Counted from the first letter of the stretch, positions 53,125 through 63,657 are shown. The stretch is DNA of 64,000 nucleotides from Alphaproteobacteria bacterium (GCA_965237415.1 CBDEFM010000002.1:384001-448000); one strand, 5' to 3'. Translations and numbers: made by a program. The notes: generated from the sequence alone by a model not told the origin.

Positions 53125-53445
53125 CTGGACGCCGCGCGATACGTTGAGCCCGACCACCCCAATGATAATGAGGACGATGGAGCCGATCCTGAGCGGCCCC
53201 ATCGGCTCCTTGAACCAGATGTAGCCGATCATGGCGATCGCCGCGGTCCCGATGCCGGCCCAAATCGCGTACGACAGGCCGAGATCGATCTTCTTGAGCG
53301 CGAGCGCGAACAACACGAAGCTGACCCCGTACAGAACGAAGATCAGCGCCGCGAAGATCGGCTTGGTCAGGCCCTCGCTCAGCTTCATGCAGGTCGTGCC
53401 GCCCACCTCGAACACGATGGCGAGAGCGAGATAAAACCAATGCAT
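53122..53445 (-). CDS. Small multidrug resistance (SMR/DMT) efflux transporter
   Basis: 107 aa, 4 TM; W.YL.LAI.FEV (conserved Glu), MKLSEG, YAIWAGIG, GVVGLN. Confidence 0.93.
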   Translation of the reverse strand: MHWFYLALAIVFEVGGTTCMKLSEGLTKPIFAALIFVLYGVSFVLFALALKKIDLGLSYAIWAGIGTAAIAMIGYIWFKEPMGPLRIGSIVLIIIGVVGLNVSRGVQ

Positions 53446-53732
53446 GGGGCGACTCCCTGCGCTTGCCGACCGAGGCTCGTCCTTCTGTGATGAGCCCCCA
53501 TAAGTCAAGGCATAGGGCGACGGAATGGAGGAGCCGTAGATCGGCTGGGGGGCCGGGGAGAGCGGGAGAGTGAACCCGATCGCGGTGCGGGCGGAGCCGA
53601 GGACTCGCGGTTGCCTCAGGGCCGGTCTCCCAATAACATCCTGCCGCCCGGAGTCATCGGGAGGCCGGGCCACAATCGAATGGGCGAGCCGCCGGGTCCG
53701 CGAGGCTGGCGCTCATCCTAACGTGCGGGAGA

Positions 53733-55781
53733 GTGGTGTTGGCAGATTATCTGGTCGGTATCGACGTTGGCGGCACGTTCACGGATTTCGTGAGCTACAA
53801 TTCGGAGACCAGGGCGATCGACGTGTGGAAGATTCTGTCCACGCCGCACGACCCCAACGAAGGCGTCCTCGGCGGTCTCGGGCACTTCGAGGCACCGTCG
53901 GACATCCGCAACATCAGGCTCGGGACCACGGTGGCGACCAACGCGATCCTGGAGCGCAAGGGCGCCACGGTGGCCTACGTGACGACCGAGGGTTTTCGCG
54001 ACATCCCCTTCATCCAGCGGGGCAACCGGCGCAGCCACTACGACATCACCTGGATCAAGCCGAAGCCGCTGGTCAAGCGGCGGCATTGCTACGAGGTCAA
54101 CGAGCGGATCATGGCCGACGGCACGGTCCACGTGCCGCTCGACGAGGACGGGGTCCGCGCCATCGCGCAGCAGATCAGGGAGGACGGCTCCATCGAGGCG
54201 GTGGCCCTCAACTTCCTGTTCTCATACGTAACCCCGGACCACGAACGGCGCGCCAAGGAGATCCTGGAGGAAGAGCTGCCGGATATTCCGATCTCCATCT
54301 CCTACGATGTGCTGCCCAAGTGGAAGGAGTACGAGCGCGCGTCGACCACCATCGCGGACGCCTATGTGAAGCCCGTGGTGAACAGCCAGATCGCAAACCT
54401 GCGCGAGCGCTTCAAGGAGAGCGGGATTACCGATCAGGCCGTCGTCATCAAGTCCAACGGCGGCGAGATGACGCTCGAGGCGGCGCAGAGAACGCCGATC
54501 CAGATGACCGTCTCCGGCCCCACGGGCGGGGTGATCGCGGGCAAGCACGTCGCCAAGCTGAGCGACATCAGCCATCTTGTCACCCTCGACATGGGCGGCA
54601 CGTCGACCGACACGTCAACGATCGTGGGCGGGAAAGAGAACTTCACCACCGACTACGAGGTGGAGTTCGGCGTCCCCATCCAGATCCCGATGATCGATAT
54701 CCGCACCATCGGCGCGGGCGGCGGCTCCATCGCCTGGATCGACAAGGGCGGCATGCTGCGCGTGGGACCAGAGAGCGCGGGCGCGAACCCCGGCCCCGCC
54801 TGCTACGGCACCGGCGGCGAGCGCCCGGCGGTCACCGACGCCAACCTGTTGCTCGGCCGGATCAACCCCGAGAACTTCCTCGGCGGTGAAATGGCCCTCG
54901 ATATGCAGGCGGCGGAGAAAGCGCTCGCCAGCGTCGCCGGGCCGCTCGGGCGCACCGCGGAGGAGACCGCACTCGCCATCGTGCAGATCGCCAACAACAA
55001 CATGGTGGGCGCGCTGCGCTCGGTGCTGATCGAGCGCGGTCTCGACCCGCGCGATTTCGCATTGCTCGCCTTCGGCGGCGCCGGCCCGCTGCATGCGGCC
55101 GACCTGATGAACGATGCCGGCATCCCGTCGGGCGTCATTCCCAACTACCCCGGCCACTTCTCGGCCTTTGGCTTCATCCTCACCGACGCGCGCGTCGATG
55201 TGCAGCGCACGGTGCAGATGACGTCGAAGCGCTTCGATCAGGCCCGGGCGTCCGAGGTGATGGCAGCGCTGATCGAGACCGGCATCGCCGAGCTGAAGGC
55301 GCAGGGCTACGTCAAGAACATCGAGATCCATCGCTCGCTGGAGATGCGCTATCTGGGCCAGAACTACGAGCTGGAGATCCCGGTCGCCTTCGATTCCTTC
55401 ACCGACGAGACGACGCCCAAGGTCTGGCAGGCGTTCCATGACATGCACTTGGCGCGGTTCGGCTTCAACATCCCGCGCGAGGTGATCGAGGTCATCACCG
55501 TCAAGGCGACCGTCGTCTCGCTCACCGAGAAGCCGGATCTCGCCACCATCGGCAAGGCGGACGGCGGGCTTGAGGCCGTGGCCACACGCTCGGTCGTGTT
55601 CGACGACGGCCGCCACGAGACGCCGATTTACGACCGCGCCCAGCTGCGCGACGGCCACACGATCACCGGCCCCGCGGTCATCGAGGAGCCGGTCTCGGTG
55701 ACCGTGCTGCGCCCCGGCCAACCCATGAAGGTGGATCAGTACGGCAATCTTCTGATCGGCCGCATCGCCGAGGAGGCCTGA
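53733..55781 (+). CDS. Hydantoinase/oxoprolinase family protein, A subunit
   Basis: DVGGTFTD, GTTVATN, EYERASTT, DMGGTSTD, GAGGGSIA, GPESAGANPGPACYG; start codon uncertain (GTG/TTG). Confidence 0.93.
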   Translation: MVLADYLVGIDVGGTFTDFVSYNSETRAIDVWKILSTPHDPNEGVLGGLGHFEAPSDIRNIRLGTTVATNAILERKGATVAYVTTEGFRDIPFIQRGNRRSHYDITWIKPKPLVKRRHCYEVNERIMADGTVHVPLDEDGVRAIAQQIREDGSIEAVALNFLFSYVTPDHERRAKEILEEELPDIPISISYDVLPKWKEYERASTTIADAYVKPVVNSQIANLRERFKESGITDQAVVIKSNGGEMTLEAAQRTPIQMTVSGPTGGVIAGKHVAKLSDISHLVTLDMGGTSTDTSTIVGGKENFTTDYEVEFGVPIQIPMIDIRTIGAGGGSIAWIDKGGMLRVGPESAGANPGPACYGTGGERPAVTDANLLLGRINPENFLGGEMALDMQAAEKALASVAGPLGRTAEETALAIVQIANNNMVGALRSVLIERGLDPRDFALLAFGGAGPLHAADLMNDAGIPSGVIPNYPGHFSAFGFILTDARVDVQRTVQMTSKRFDQARASEVMAALIETGIAELKAQGYVKNIEIHRSLEMRYLGQNYELEIPVAFDSFTDETTPKVWQAFHDMHLARFGFNIPREVIEVITVKATVVSLTEKPDLATIGKADGGLEAVATRSVVFDDGRHETPIYDRAQLRDGHTITGPAVIEEPVSVTVLRPGQPMKVDQYGNLLIGRIAEEA

Positions 55782-55783
55782 CC

Positions 55784-57511
55784 ATGACCCAGAAGCCCGA
55801 CGTCGACATGGTCACCATGTCGATCATCGATTCCACCATGACCGCGGTCTGCCGCGAGATGGGTATCGTGCTGATGAAGACGTCGTATTCGACGATCTTC
55901 AACGAGGCGCTGGACTTCACCTGCGCGCTCGCGAGCCCCGAGGGCGAGATGATCGCGCAGGCGGAATATTGCCCCTCGATGATCGGCGGCGTGCCTCTGC
56001 TGGTGCGAAGCTGCGTCAAGGAGATTCCGCTGGAGACCCTCGAGCCCGGCGACGTAATCTGCCACAACGACCCCTACCGCGGTGGCCTGCATTGCCCCGA
56101 GCACACGCTGATCAAGCCGGTCTTCGTCGATGACGAAATCATGGGCTTCGCCATGACCATCGGCCATCTGCAGGAGATCGGCGGCATGGTGCCGGGCGCC
56201 TTCGCGGGTGAGGCGACCGAGATTTTCCAGGAAGGAATGCGTGTACCCCCGGTCAAGATCATGAGCCGCGGCGAAGACGTGGAGGAGGTGTGGAAGCTGC
56301 TCCTCGCGAACGTCCGCACCCCCCGCTACAACTACGGCGACCTGCGGGCGCTGATCGCGGGCGTGGACGTGGGCGAGCGCGGCCTCGCGAAGATGATCCG
56401 CAAGTATGGCAAGGAGCAGTTCCGCCGCAACGTGCACGACCTGATGGACTACTCCGAGAGCCGCATGCGCGCGGAAATCGGCGCCATCACGGACGGTGTC
56501 TACCGCTTCCAGGACGAGGTCGAGGACGACGGTATCGAGAACAAGCCCTATACGATCAAGGTGGCCGTCCACGTTCAGGGCGACGAGGTGGTCATCGATT
56601 ATTCGGGCACCTCGCCGCAGGCGCGGGGCCCGATCAACGCGACCCTCGGCGTCTCTTACTCCGCTGCCTACAACGGCATCCTGCAGGTCACCGACGAGAC
56701 CATCCCGAAGAACTCGGGCTGTTTCCGCCCGATCCGCGTGGTCTCGCCGCCCGGCACCTTGCTCAACGTCGACTATCCGGGGCCCGAGGTCGGCGGCAAC
56801 ACCGAGACCCACTGCAAGATCGCGGGCGCCGTGATCGGCGCGCTCTCGCCAGTGTTGCCGGATCGCACGATGGCGGCCGAGGGCGCGACGCACACCAACT
56901 TCGTCTTCGGCGGCACCGATCCCGATTCCGGCGAGCAATTCGTCTGCTACGCCATCGAGCTTTCGGGCTGGGGCGGGCGCAACTTCGCCGACGGTAACGA
57001 CGCCACCGATTCGATCAACGGCAACTGCCGCGTCGTGCCGGTCGAGGTGTTCGAGACCCGCTTCCCGTTCCGCACCGAATCCTACATCCTGGTTCAGGAT
57101 TCCGGCGGCGCCGGCGAGAATCGCGGCGGGCTCAGCACGCAGCGCACGCTCAAGAGCCTGGACCTCGAGATCACGGGCAGCCAGATGTCGGACCGCCACC
57201 GCAACCGGCCGTGGGGGCTTTATGGTGGCCAGCCCGGCGGCCTCGCCGGCACCTGGCACCAGTCCGCCAACACCACCACCTGGCTCATGATGGACGAAGC
57301 TTTCGGCAAGGCCAGTCCCAGCAAGTGGAGCAATGTCCGCATCCGCCCGGGCGATTCGATCCGCTTCCAGACTCCCGGCGGCGGCGGCTGGGGCGACCCC
57401 CGCAAGCGCACGCGGGAGCAGGTGATCGAAGACCTCGCCGAGGGCTATATCTCCCCCGCCTCGGCGCGGGAGCATTACGGCCTCGACGGCGCCGCCGAAG
57501 CGGCGGAGTAG
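55784..57511 (+). CDS. Hydantoinase B/oxoprolinase family protein
   Basis: REMG..L.KTSYS.IFNE..D, NDPY.GGLH, H..EIGG, EIFQEG, TPGGGGWGDP. Confidence 0.93.
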   Translation: MTQKPDVDMVTMSIIDSTMTAVCREMGIVLMKTSYSTIFNEALDFTCALASPEGEMIAQAEYCPSMIGGVPLLVRSCVKEIPLETLEPGDVICHNDPYRGGLHCPEHTLIKPVFVDDEIMGFAMTIGHLQEIGGMVPGAFAGEATEIFQEGMRVPPVKIMSRGEDVEEVWKLLLANVRTPRYNYGDLRALIAGVDVGERGLAKMIRKYGKEQFRRNVHDLMDYSESRMRAEIGAITDGVYRFQDEVEDDGIENKPYTIKVAVHVQGDEVVIDYSGTSPQARGPINATLGVSYSAAYNGILQVTDETIPKNSGCFRPIRVVSPPGTLLNVDYPGPEVGGNTETHCKIAGAVIGALSPVLPDRTMAAEGATHTNFVFGGTDPDSGEQFVCYAIELSGWGGRNFADGNDATDSINGNCRVVPVEVFETRFPFRTESYILVQDSGGAGENRGGLSTQRTLKSLDLEITGSQMSDRHRNRPWGLYGGQPGGLAGTWHQSANTTTWLMMDEAFGKASPSKWSNVRIRPGDSIRFQTPGGGGWGDPRKRTREQVIEDLAEGYISPASAREHYGLDGAAEAAE

Positions 57512-57528
57512 GGCGCTGCCCTAAGTAC

Positions 57529-57622
57529 CGTCATGCCCGGACTTGTTCCGGGCATGACGTCGGACTGCTCCGTCGGTGGGTGAGCGGTTGCATGGATGGC
57601 CGGAACAAGTCCGGCCATGACG
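57529..57622. repeat. Palindromic repeat element, inverted copy of 24302-24430 arms
   Basis: 57593-57622 is the exact reverse complement of 24302-24331; 57529-57559 is itself a hairpin; lies between convergent genes. Confidence 0.85.
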
Positions 57623-57683
57623 AGTTGGGAGCAGGGTACGAGCGGATAGAAGCGTCTCGATCGTGATGCCAGGAGGCGGGCGG

Positions 57684-58928
57684 TCACTTCCTGCGACGTT
57701 CGGCGACGAGGGCGTCGAGCCGGTCGAGTAGTGCTTCGCGGTCGGGCGCGAAGTCGTTCTCGATCCACCAGTCTTCGACGGTGCGCAGCAGATCGCCGAC
57801 CTCCGGCCCCTCCGGGATGCCACGCGCCATCACGTCGGCACCAGTGACGGGGAACGGCGGCGCTTGCCACGTCTCCGCGGTCTCAAGCATCGTTCGCCAG
57901 GCCGCTTCGTTCTCGTCCTTCGTCTCCGTGGCCCACGCCAAAAGTACGAGATCGCGGAAGCGCTCAGGGCCGAGCCGGTAAATCAGGCGTCGTTGGGCGT
58001 GGCCGTCGAGGTCGGGCACAAGCGCGAACTCTAGCGTGGTGAGCGCCGTGAGGCGCGCTGCGTCTGCGCCGGCGAGCCGCCAGCGGGCGGCGACATCGTG
58101 TGCGGCTTCGGCGTCAGCGATGAGAGCGCCGAGCCTCCGTATCGGATCGCCGTCGCCGACACTGCCCTCGATCGCGACGAGGCGGGCAAGGTGATTGGTC
58201 CCCTGCGCCTCTCCGAACAGTTGGGATAGCGCGCCGGCCTCCTGCATGGCGGCCAGCGCCGGTATGGGATCGGGAGCCGCTAGCAGCTTCAGCATCTCAC
58301 CCTGTACCCGCTCGCCCGAGAGTGATGGGATCGTGTGCGCCGCTTCTGCGCACGCGGCGAGCGCCGCCTCGTCAGGCGCGCCGTGCCCGTACCAGGCGTG
58401 GAAGCGGAAGAAGCGGAGCAGGCGCAGGTGGTCCTCGGCGATGCGCGTGGCAGGGTCGCCGACGAAGCGCACGCGCCCGGCTTTCAGGTCCTCTTGCCCG
58501 CCGAAATAGTCATGCAACACGCCATCCGGCGCGGCGCTCATGGCGTTGATGGTGAAATCACGGCGTGCCGCGTCCTCACGCCAGTCGTCGGTAAACGCGA
58601 CCTCGGCATGGCGGCCGTCGGTCCGCTCGTCGCGTCGGAGGGTGGTGATCTCGTAGCGGTTGCCGCCGACAACAGCGGTGACGGTGCCGTGCTCGATTGC
58701 GCGTGGAACGGTGCGGGTTTCGATGTCTGCGCGCCCGAGCAGTGCCATCACCCGCTCGGGCGGGTCGGGAGTGCCGATGTCGATATCGGCGCTCTCGCGC
58801 CCGAGCAACGCATCGCGCACGCATCCGCCCACGAAGCGGACGTCGGCGCCGTCGGCTGTGAGTGCCTTCACCACCGCGCGGGTGGCCGGCGCCGTCATCC
58901 AGGGTGCGCGTACGGTTCCTTCCCCCAA
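57684..58928 (-). CDS. cca: CCA tRNA nucleotidyltransferase / poly(A) polymerase family
   Basis: VGGCVRD, DIDIGT, HGT, EITTLR, RRDFTINA, ED.LR.LRFFRF; start uncertain (TTG 58928 assumed). Confidence 0.9.
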   Translation of the reverse strand: MGEGTVRAPWMTAPATRAVVKALTADGADVRFVGGCVRDALLGRESADIDIGTPDPPERVMALLGRADIETRTVPRAIEHGTVTAVVGGNRYEITTLRRDERTDGRHAEVAFTDDWREDAARRDFTINAMSAAPDGVLHDYFGGQEDLKAGRVRFVGDPATRIAEDHLRLLRFFRFHAWYGHGAPDEAALAACAEAAHTIPSLSGERVQGEMLKLLAAPDPIPALAAMQEAGALSQLFGEAQGTNHLARLVAIEGSVGDGDPIRRLGALIADAEAAHDVAARWRLAGADAARLTALTTLEFALVPDLDGHAQRRLIYRLGPERFRDLVLLAWATETKDENEAAWRTMLETAETWQAPPFPVTGADVMARGIPEGPEVGDLLRTVEDWWIENDFAPDREALLDRLDALVAERRRK

Positions 58929-58935
58929 CGGGTGC

Positions 58936-59214
58936 TCAGTCGACGACCTCACCGGGCACGATCTCGCCGTCCACGATGCTTGCCGGCACATAAGTGCCCT
59001 CGGGGTCGCCGCCGCTGATCATCGAAAGCGCCACCAGGCTCGCCGCCCCCAGCACGAGGCCGCTGCCGAGCAGCTTGACCCACGGCATCTTGCGTAACTG
59101 TGCCGCCGCACTGCTGCGGCTCAGCTGAAGCCGCCGCGTCAGGATGAGAAAGGCGAAGTAGAGGATCGTCGGCGCGAGCAGGATCAGGATGTGGACCAGG
59201 GTGGTTCTCAACAT
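58936..59214 (-). CDS. Small membrane protein (DUF6111-like)
   Basis: Two TM helices, PW..L...GL, C-terminal G.YVPA...DG.IVPG; typical position between Nudix and cca. Confidence 0.75.
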   Translation of the reverse strand: MLRTTLVHILILLAPTILYFAFLILTRRLQLSRSSAAAQLRKMPWVKLLGSGLVLGAASLVALSMISGGDPEGTYVPASIVDGEIVPGEVVD

Positions 59215-59870
59215 GATGCGCGCACCACATCCCTGAAGTTGACGAGGATCGCCGCCGTAGCGCCCCAGATATGATACGCGCCATAGGGCAGGACGTAAAA
59301 ACGGCGCTCGACGCCGCCAATCGTCACCTTGTCGCGCCGATAGTTGGCCGGCTCCAGGACAAAGGTCAGCGGCACTTCGAAGACCTCGGCGACCTCGCGG
59401 GAATCCGCCTCGAAGTCGGGCGGCGCCGCGACGAATCCGACCACCGGCGTGATGCGGTAGCCGGTGCCCACCAGATAATCGTCCAGGCGGCCGACAATCC
59501 GGACGCTGGCTTGGGGCAGGCCGATTTCCTCTTCGGCTTCTCGGAGCGCCGTCTTCCGCGGGGTCGCGTCGCCGGGGTCGGCGCGGCCGCCGGGAAAGCT
59601 GATCTGGCCTGCGTGGCGCGCGAGCCGCTCGGCCCGTCTGGTGAGGAGAATCGAGAACGAGCCCTCCCGCTCGATGACGGCGACGAGCACGGCGGCGGGC
59701 GTAATGGGTTCCGAAGGCGGAAGGGTGCGGGCGGCTTCGCGAATATGCCGGAGCGAGCCCGGCACGCGAGCCGCGGGCGCCCGCTCCGCCGCCGCGATGA
59801 CCGCGTCCCATGGCTGATCCGGTGCGCCCGGCGCCTGCTGCGCCACGCCGCGCAGAATATCGGTATGCAT
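59208..59870 (-). CDS. Nudix family CoA pyrophosphatase
   Basis: AAVL, LLTRR...L..HAGQISFPGG, ALREAEEEIG, IWGATA. Confidence 0.92.
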   Translation of the reverse strand: MHTDILRGVAQQAPGAPDQPWDAVIAAAERAPAARVPGSLRHIREAARTLPPSEPITPAAVLVAVIEREGSFSILLTRRAERLARHAGQISFPGGRADPGDATPRKTALREAEEEIGLPQASVRIVGRLDDYLVGTGYRITPVVGFVAAPPDFEADSREVAEVFEVPLTFVLEPANYRRDKVTIGGVERRFYVLPYGAYHIWGATAAILVNFRDVVRASC

Positions 59871-59880
59871 CGGTCGTTAC

Positions 59881-60399
59881 TTATGCCGCGTCGTCGAAGG
59901 GGAAGAACACGCCGTCGCTCCAGACGCCGAGCACCGGCCGGCCCTCGAGCTCCCGCTCGACGCAGAGCTCAACCAGCGGATAGAAGGCCGCGCGTGCCAC
60001 CCGTGCCTCCAGGCCGTCGCGAACGGTGAGATAGGGCGCCTTCTCGTCGGATTCCGGCAAGGAGCGAAAGGCGAGGGGGTGCGCGGCGCCCGCGCTCACC
60101 CACTCGTCCAGGTTGGTGCGGAAGCGCACGCATTGCGCCTGGCCTTCGCCTTCGGCCTCCATCTCTACGGCGATGAAGGGGACATCGTCCACAGTGATGC
60201 GTGCCTTCTCCACTGGCGTGACGAGCCAATAGTCGTCGTCCTCGCGCCTGAGCACGCTCGCGAAGAGTTTGACCAGGGGCAGGCGGCCGATGGGGCAGCC
60301 TTCATGGAACCAGGTGCCGTCGCCCGCGATGCGGATGTCGATGTCGCCGCAGAAGAGCTGCGGCGGACGTCCGGCGGCCGGTGCCTGCGATTCGCCCAT
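59881..60399 (-). CDS. DUF1285 domain protein
   Basis: CGDIDIRI..DGTWFHEG.PI.R..LVKLFASVL, LVTPVEK, V.DVPFIAV, PYL.VR.GLEA. Confidence 0.88.
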   Translation of the reverse strand: MGESQAPAAGRPPQLFCGDIDIRIAGDGTWFHEGCPIGRLPLVKLFASVLRREDDDYWLVTPVEKARITVDDVPFIAVEMEAEGEGQAQCVRFRTNLDEWVSAGAAHPLAFRSLPESDEKAPYLTVRDGLEARVARAAFYPLVELCVERELEGRPVLGVWSDGVFFPFDDAA

Positions 60400-60514
60400 G
60401 GGCGCAGTATAGCCAAGCGGTTGTACGAGGGCGTCATGGTGAATGCCGATAGAGAACGGGCCGCGCCCGCAAATACGGACGCGGCCCACGAACCGAACAG
60501 GACGCCGCGAATCG

Positions 60515-61624
60515 TCAGCCGACGTGTTCGTCGATCAGGCGGTTCACCTCGGTGGCGGCTTCCATCTGTACCATGTGGCCCTGGCCGTCCAGCACCGTGC
60601 AGTCGACGCCGTCCGGCAGGCCCTCGGCGTGGGAGGCAGGAATGATCTGGTCCCCGGCACCCCAGAGGACGAGCGTCGGCACGCTGCCGGCCACATCGCG
60701 CATTACTTCGGCTTGCGTACCGCCGGGCGCGAAGGCATCCCGGATGGTGCCGAGCGCGGCGGTGACGCCATCGATCCGCTTGAAGGCGAGCAGGTCGTTG
60801 ATCAACTGGCGGGTGACGAGTGCCGGATCGCTGAACAGCTTCTCGACGTGGGGCTTGAGGCCCTTCCGCCGCTCGGCCGAGATGAATCCCTCCAGATAAT
60901 CCCCGTCGATTTCGCTGCCGAGACCGGCGCTGCCGATCAAGGTGATGGAGGCAACGCGCGCCGGCGCCGACTTCGCCACGGCAAGGGCGATGGCGCCGCC
61001 CATGGAGTGGCCCACGAGATGAGCCTTCTCGATCCCCAGGGCATCGGCGAAGCCGGTGACGATGCCAGTGAAGAAGCCGATCGAGCCGTCGCCCGCATCC
61101 TTGCTGGAGCTGCCGTGCCCCGGCAGGTCGAGGGCGTGAACCGTCCGCGTCGCGGCAAGCGCCTCGTGGTTGAACAGCCAGTTGTTGAGGTCGCCGCCGA
61201 AGCCGTGGATCAGGATGACCGGCGTGCCGCCTTCGCCCCGCGTGAGGTAGCGGATCTGCCGCCCGTCGATTTCCACCGTCTCGGTGGCGGGGCCGCTGTC
61301 CTCGTCATCGTCCTCGGGCGGCACGAAGTTGGCCAGAAAGTCGGTGACGAAGGCGTCGATGTCGGCGTCGGCGATGCTCTCATCGGCGACGATGCCGAGC
61401 AGGCCGCCGACCGGCAGCACGTCGCCCTCCTGAGCGACGCAGCGCCGGAGCACGCAGGCGTCCGCCGCTTCGACCGCGCTGGATATCTTCTCGGTCTCGA
61501 TATCGACGATCTCATCGCCCTGCGCGAGCGAATCGCCTTCGCCCACAAGCCATCCGGCGACCTTCCCCTCCTTCATGGAGAGGCCCCATTTGGGCATGCA
61601 AATGGGGCGGATGCCTTCGCTCAT
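60515..61624 (-). CDS. acoC: Acetoin dehydrogenase lipoyl-domain/alpha-beta hydrolase subunit
   Basis: MPKWGLSM.EG, lipoyl-Lys motif IETEK, IHGFGGD, GHSMGG, GHMVQME. Confidence 0.9.
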   Translation of the reverse strand: MSEGIRPICMPKWGLSMKEGKVAGWLVGEGDSLAQGDEIVDIETEKISSAVEAADACVLRRCVAQEGDVLPVGGLLGIVADESIADADIDAFVTDFLANFVPPEDDDEDSGPATETVEIDGRQIRYLTRGEGGTPVILIHGFGGDLNNWLFNHEALAATRTVHALDLPGHGSSSKDAGDGSIGFFTGIVTGFADALGIEKAHLVGHSMGGAIALAVAKSAPARVASITLIGSAGLGSEIDGDYLEGFISAERRKGLKPHVEKLFSDPALVTRQLINDLLAFKRIDGVTAALGTIRDAFAPGGTQAEVMRDVAGSVPTLVLWGAGDQIIPASHAEGLPDGVDCTVLDGQGHMVQMEAATEVNRLIDEHVG

Positions 61625-62634
61625 TTGCTGGACTCCATGACCGCCTTCACGGCCTTCTGCACCGCCGCTGCGTCGGGGATGTAGAGATCCTCGAGCGTGT
61701 CCGCGAAGGGCACCGGCGTATGCGGGGCGGTCACCTGCTTGATCGGTCCCTTGAGGGAATGGAAGGCCTTCTCGCAGATCATCGCCGCGATATCGGTGGC
61801 CATGTTGCAGCGCGGGTGGGCCTCGTCGAGCACCACCAGGCGGCCGGTGTTCTCCACCGACTCGATCACGGTGTCCTCGTCGAGCGGCGAGGTCGTGCGC
61901 AGGTCGACGACCTCGCACTCGATCCCGTCGTTGGCGAGCGCGTTCGCCGCCTCGATCGCGACGTGGACCATGCGGCCGAGGGTCACGATGGAGACATCGT
62001 CGCCTTCGCGCACGATGTTGGCCTCACCGAAGGGGAGCGCGTAGGGCTCCTCCGGCACGTCGCCTTCGAGAGTGTAAAGCGCCTTGTGCTCGCAGAAGAT
62101 CACCGGGTCGTTGTCGCGGATTGCCTGGATCAGCAGCCCCTTGGCGTCATAAGGCGTCGCCGGGGTCACGACCTTGAGCCCGGGGATGTGGGTGAAGACC
62201 GGATAGAGGCACTGCGAATGCTGGGCGGCTGCACGCAGCCCGGCACCGTACATGGTGCGGATCACCACCGGCGTCTCCGCCTTGCCGCCGAACATGTAAC
62301 GGAACTTCGCCGCCTGGTTGAAGATTTGGTCGAAGCAGACGCCCATGAAATCGATGAACATCAGCTCCGCGACCGGGCGGAGACCTGCGGTTGCTGCGCC
62401 GACCGCGGCGCCGATGAATGCGGACTCGCTGATCGGGGTGTCCATGACCCGATCGCCGAACTTGCCGTAAAGCCCCTTGGTGATGCCGAGCGGTCCGCCC
62501 CAGGCGTCGCGCTCGCCATCCGTGCCGAGGCCGCCGGCCACGTCTTCGCCCATGATGATGACGGTCTCGTCACGCTCCATCTCCTGGGCGAGGGCCTCGT
62601 TGATTGCCTGTTGATATGTCGCTGTGCGTGCCAT
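61621..62634 (-). CDS. acoB: Acetoin dehydrogenase E1 beta subunit
   Basis: GEDV, DTPISE, ELMFIDF, NQAAKFRYMFGG, AAQHSQ, DLRT.SPLD. Confidence 0.92.
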   Translation of the reverse strand: MARTATYQQAINEALAQEMERDETVIIMGEDVAGGLGTDGERDAWGGPLGITKGLYGKFGDRVMDTPISESAFIGAAVGAATAGLRPVAELMFIDFMGVCFDQIFNQAAKFRYMFGGKAETPVVIRTMYGAGLRAAAQHSQCLYPVFTHIPGLKVVTPATPYDAKGLLIQAIRDNDPVIFCEHKALYTLEGDVPEEPYALPFGEANIVREGDDVSIVTLGRMVHVAIEAANALANDGIECEVVDLRTTSPLDEDTVIESVENTGRLVVLDEAHPRCNMATDIAAMICEKAFHSLKGPIKQVTAPHTPVPFADTLEDLYIPDAAAVQKAVKAVMESSK

Positions 62635-62649
62635 GAGTGCCTCCCGCGC

Positions 62650-63618
62650 TCAGTAGGAAACGTAGACGTCGGTAAGAAGATCGGCGGCGTTCGGCGGCGG
62701 CGCCACCTTGGCCTTGGCGACCGCGCCGTCGACCTGGGCCTCGGCCTCGCTGTCGATCGCGTCGAGCGCCGCGTCATCGAGCAGGCCGGCCCCCGTCACC
62801 TTCTCGCGGAACATCGCCAGGCAGTCCCGCGTCTCGCGCAGCTTCTTCACCTCGTCCGGGCCGCGATAGGTCTGCGCATCGCCCTCGAAGTGTCCGTAGT
62901 AGCGGTTGAGCTTGCATTCCAGCAGGCTCGGACCGCCGCCCTCGCGGGCCCGCTTGATGGCTTCGCCGGCGGCTTCGTGGACCGCAAAGAAGTCGTGCCC
63001 GTCGACCACAACACCCGGCATGTTGAAGCCACTGGCCCGGTCGGCGGCGTCGTCGCAGGCGATCGACCACTTCGACCCGGTGGATTCCGCATAGCCGTTG
63101 TTCTCGACCACGAAGACGCAGGGCAGGTTCCAGACCGAGGCGAGATTGAGGCTCTCGAAGGTGGTGCCCTGATTGAAGCCGCCGTCGCCGACGAAGGCGA
63201 TGGCGACGCCGCCGGTGCGGAGCTGCTTGGCGGCGAGGCCTGCACCGCAGATCAGCGGCGGGCCGCCGCCCACGATGCCGTTCGCGCCCATCATCCCCTT
63301 GTCGAGATCGGCGATGTGCATGGAGCCGCCCTTGCCGCCGCAGAGGCCGTCCCTGCGGCCGTAAATCTCCGCCATCATGCCGTCTATGTCGCAACCCTTG
63401 GCGATGCAGTGGCCGTGGCCGCGATGGGTGCTGGCGATGCGGTCGCGATCGTCGAGGTGCAGGCAGACGCCGACGCCGCTCGCCTCTTCACCGGCGTAGA
63501 GGTGCACGAAACCCGGGATGTCGCCGGTCGCGAACTCGATGTGGAGGCGCTCCTCGAATTCCCGAATCGTGCGCATGGTTCGATAGGCCGTCAACAATTT
63601 GTCTCTGCTGAGCTGCAT
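62650..63618 (-). CDS. acoA: Acetoin dehydrogenase E1 alpha subunit (TPP-dependent)
   Basis: IPGFVHLYAGEEA, STHRGHGH, GKGGSMH, TPP motif GDG...ENN, GHFEGDAQTYR. Confidence 0.93.
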   Translation of the reverse strand: MQLSRDKLLTAYRTMRTIREFEERLHIEFATGDIPGFVHLYAGEEASGVGVCLHLDDRDRIASTHRGHGHCIAKGCDIDGMMAEIYGRRDGLCGGKGGSMHIADLDKGMMGANGIVGGGPPLICGAGLAAKQLRTGGVAIAFVGDGGFNQGTTFESLNLASVWNLPCVFVVENNGYAESTGSKWSIACDDAADRASGFNMPGVVVDGHDFFAVHEAAGEAIKRAREGGGPSLLECKLNRYYGHFEGDAQTYRGPDEVKKLRETRDCLAMFREKVTGAGLLDDAALDAIDSEAEAQVDGAVAKAKVAPPPNAADLLTDVYVSY

Positions 63619-63657
63619 GCGAGTGGCTCCTCTTTGCCTGCGTGGTGGCGCTCGGTC

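Noticed and set aside
53446-53520. Guanidine riboswitch upstream of the SMR gene
   Set aside because: Only one weak ACGA-containing hairpin, not the paired ACGR hairpins of class II, and no class I or III consensus seen; the protein looks more Qac/EmrE-like than Gdx-like.
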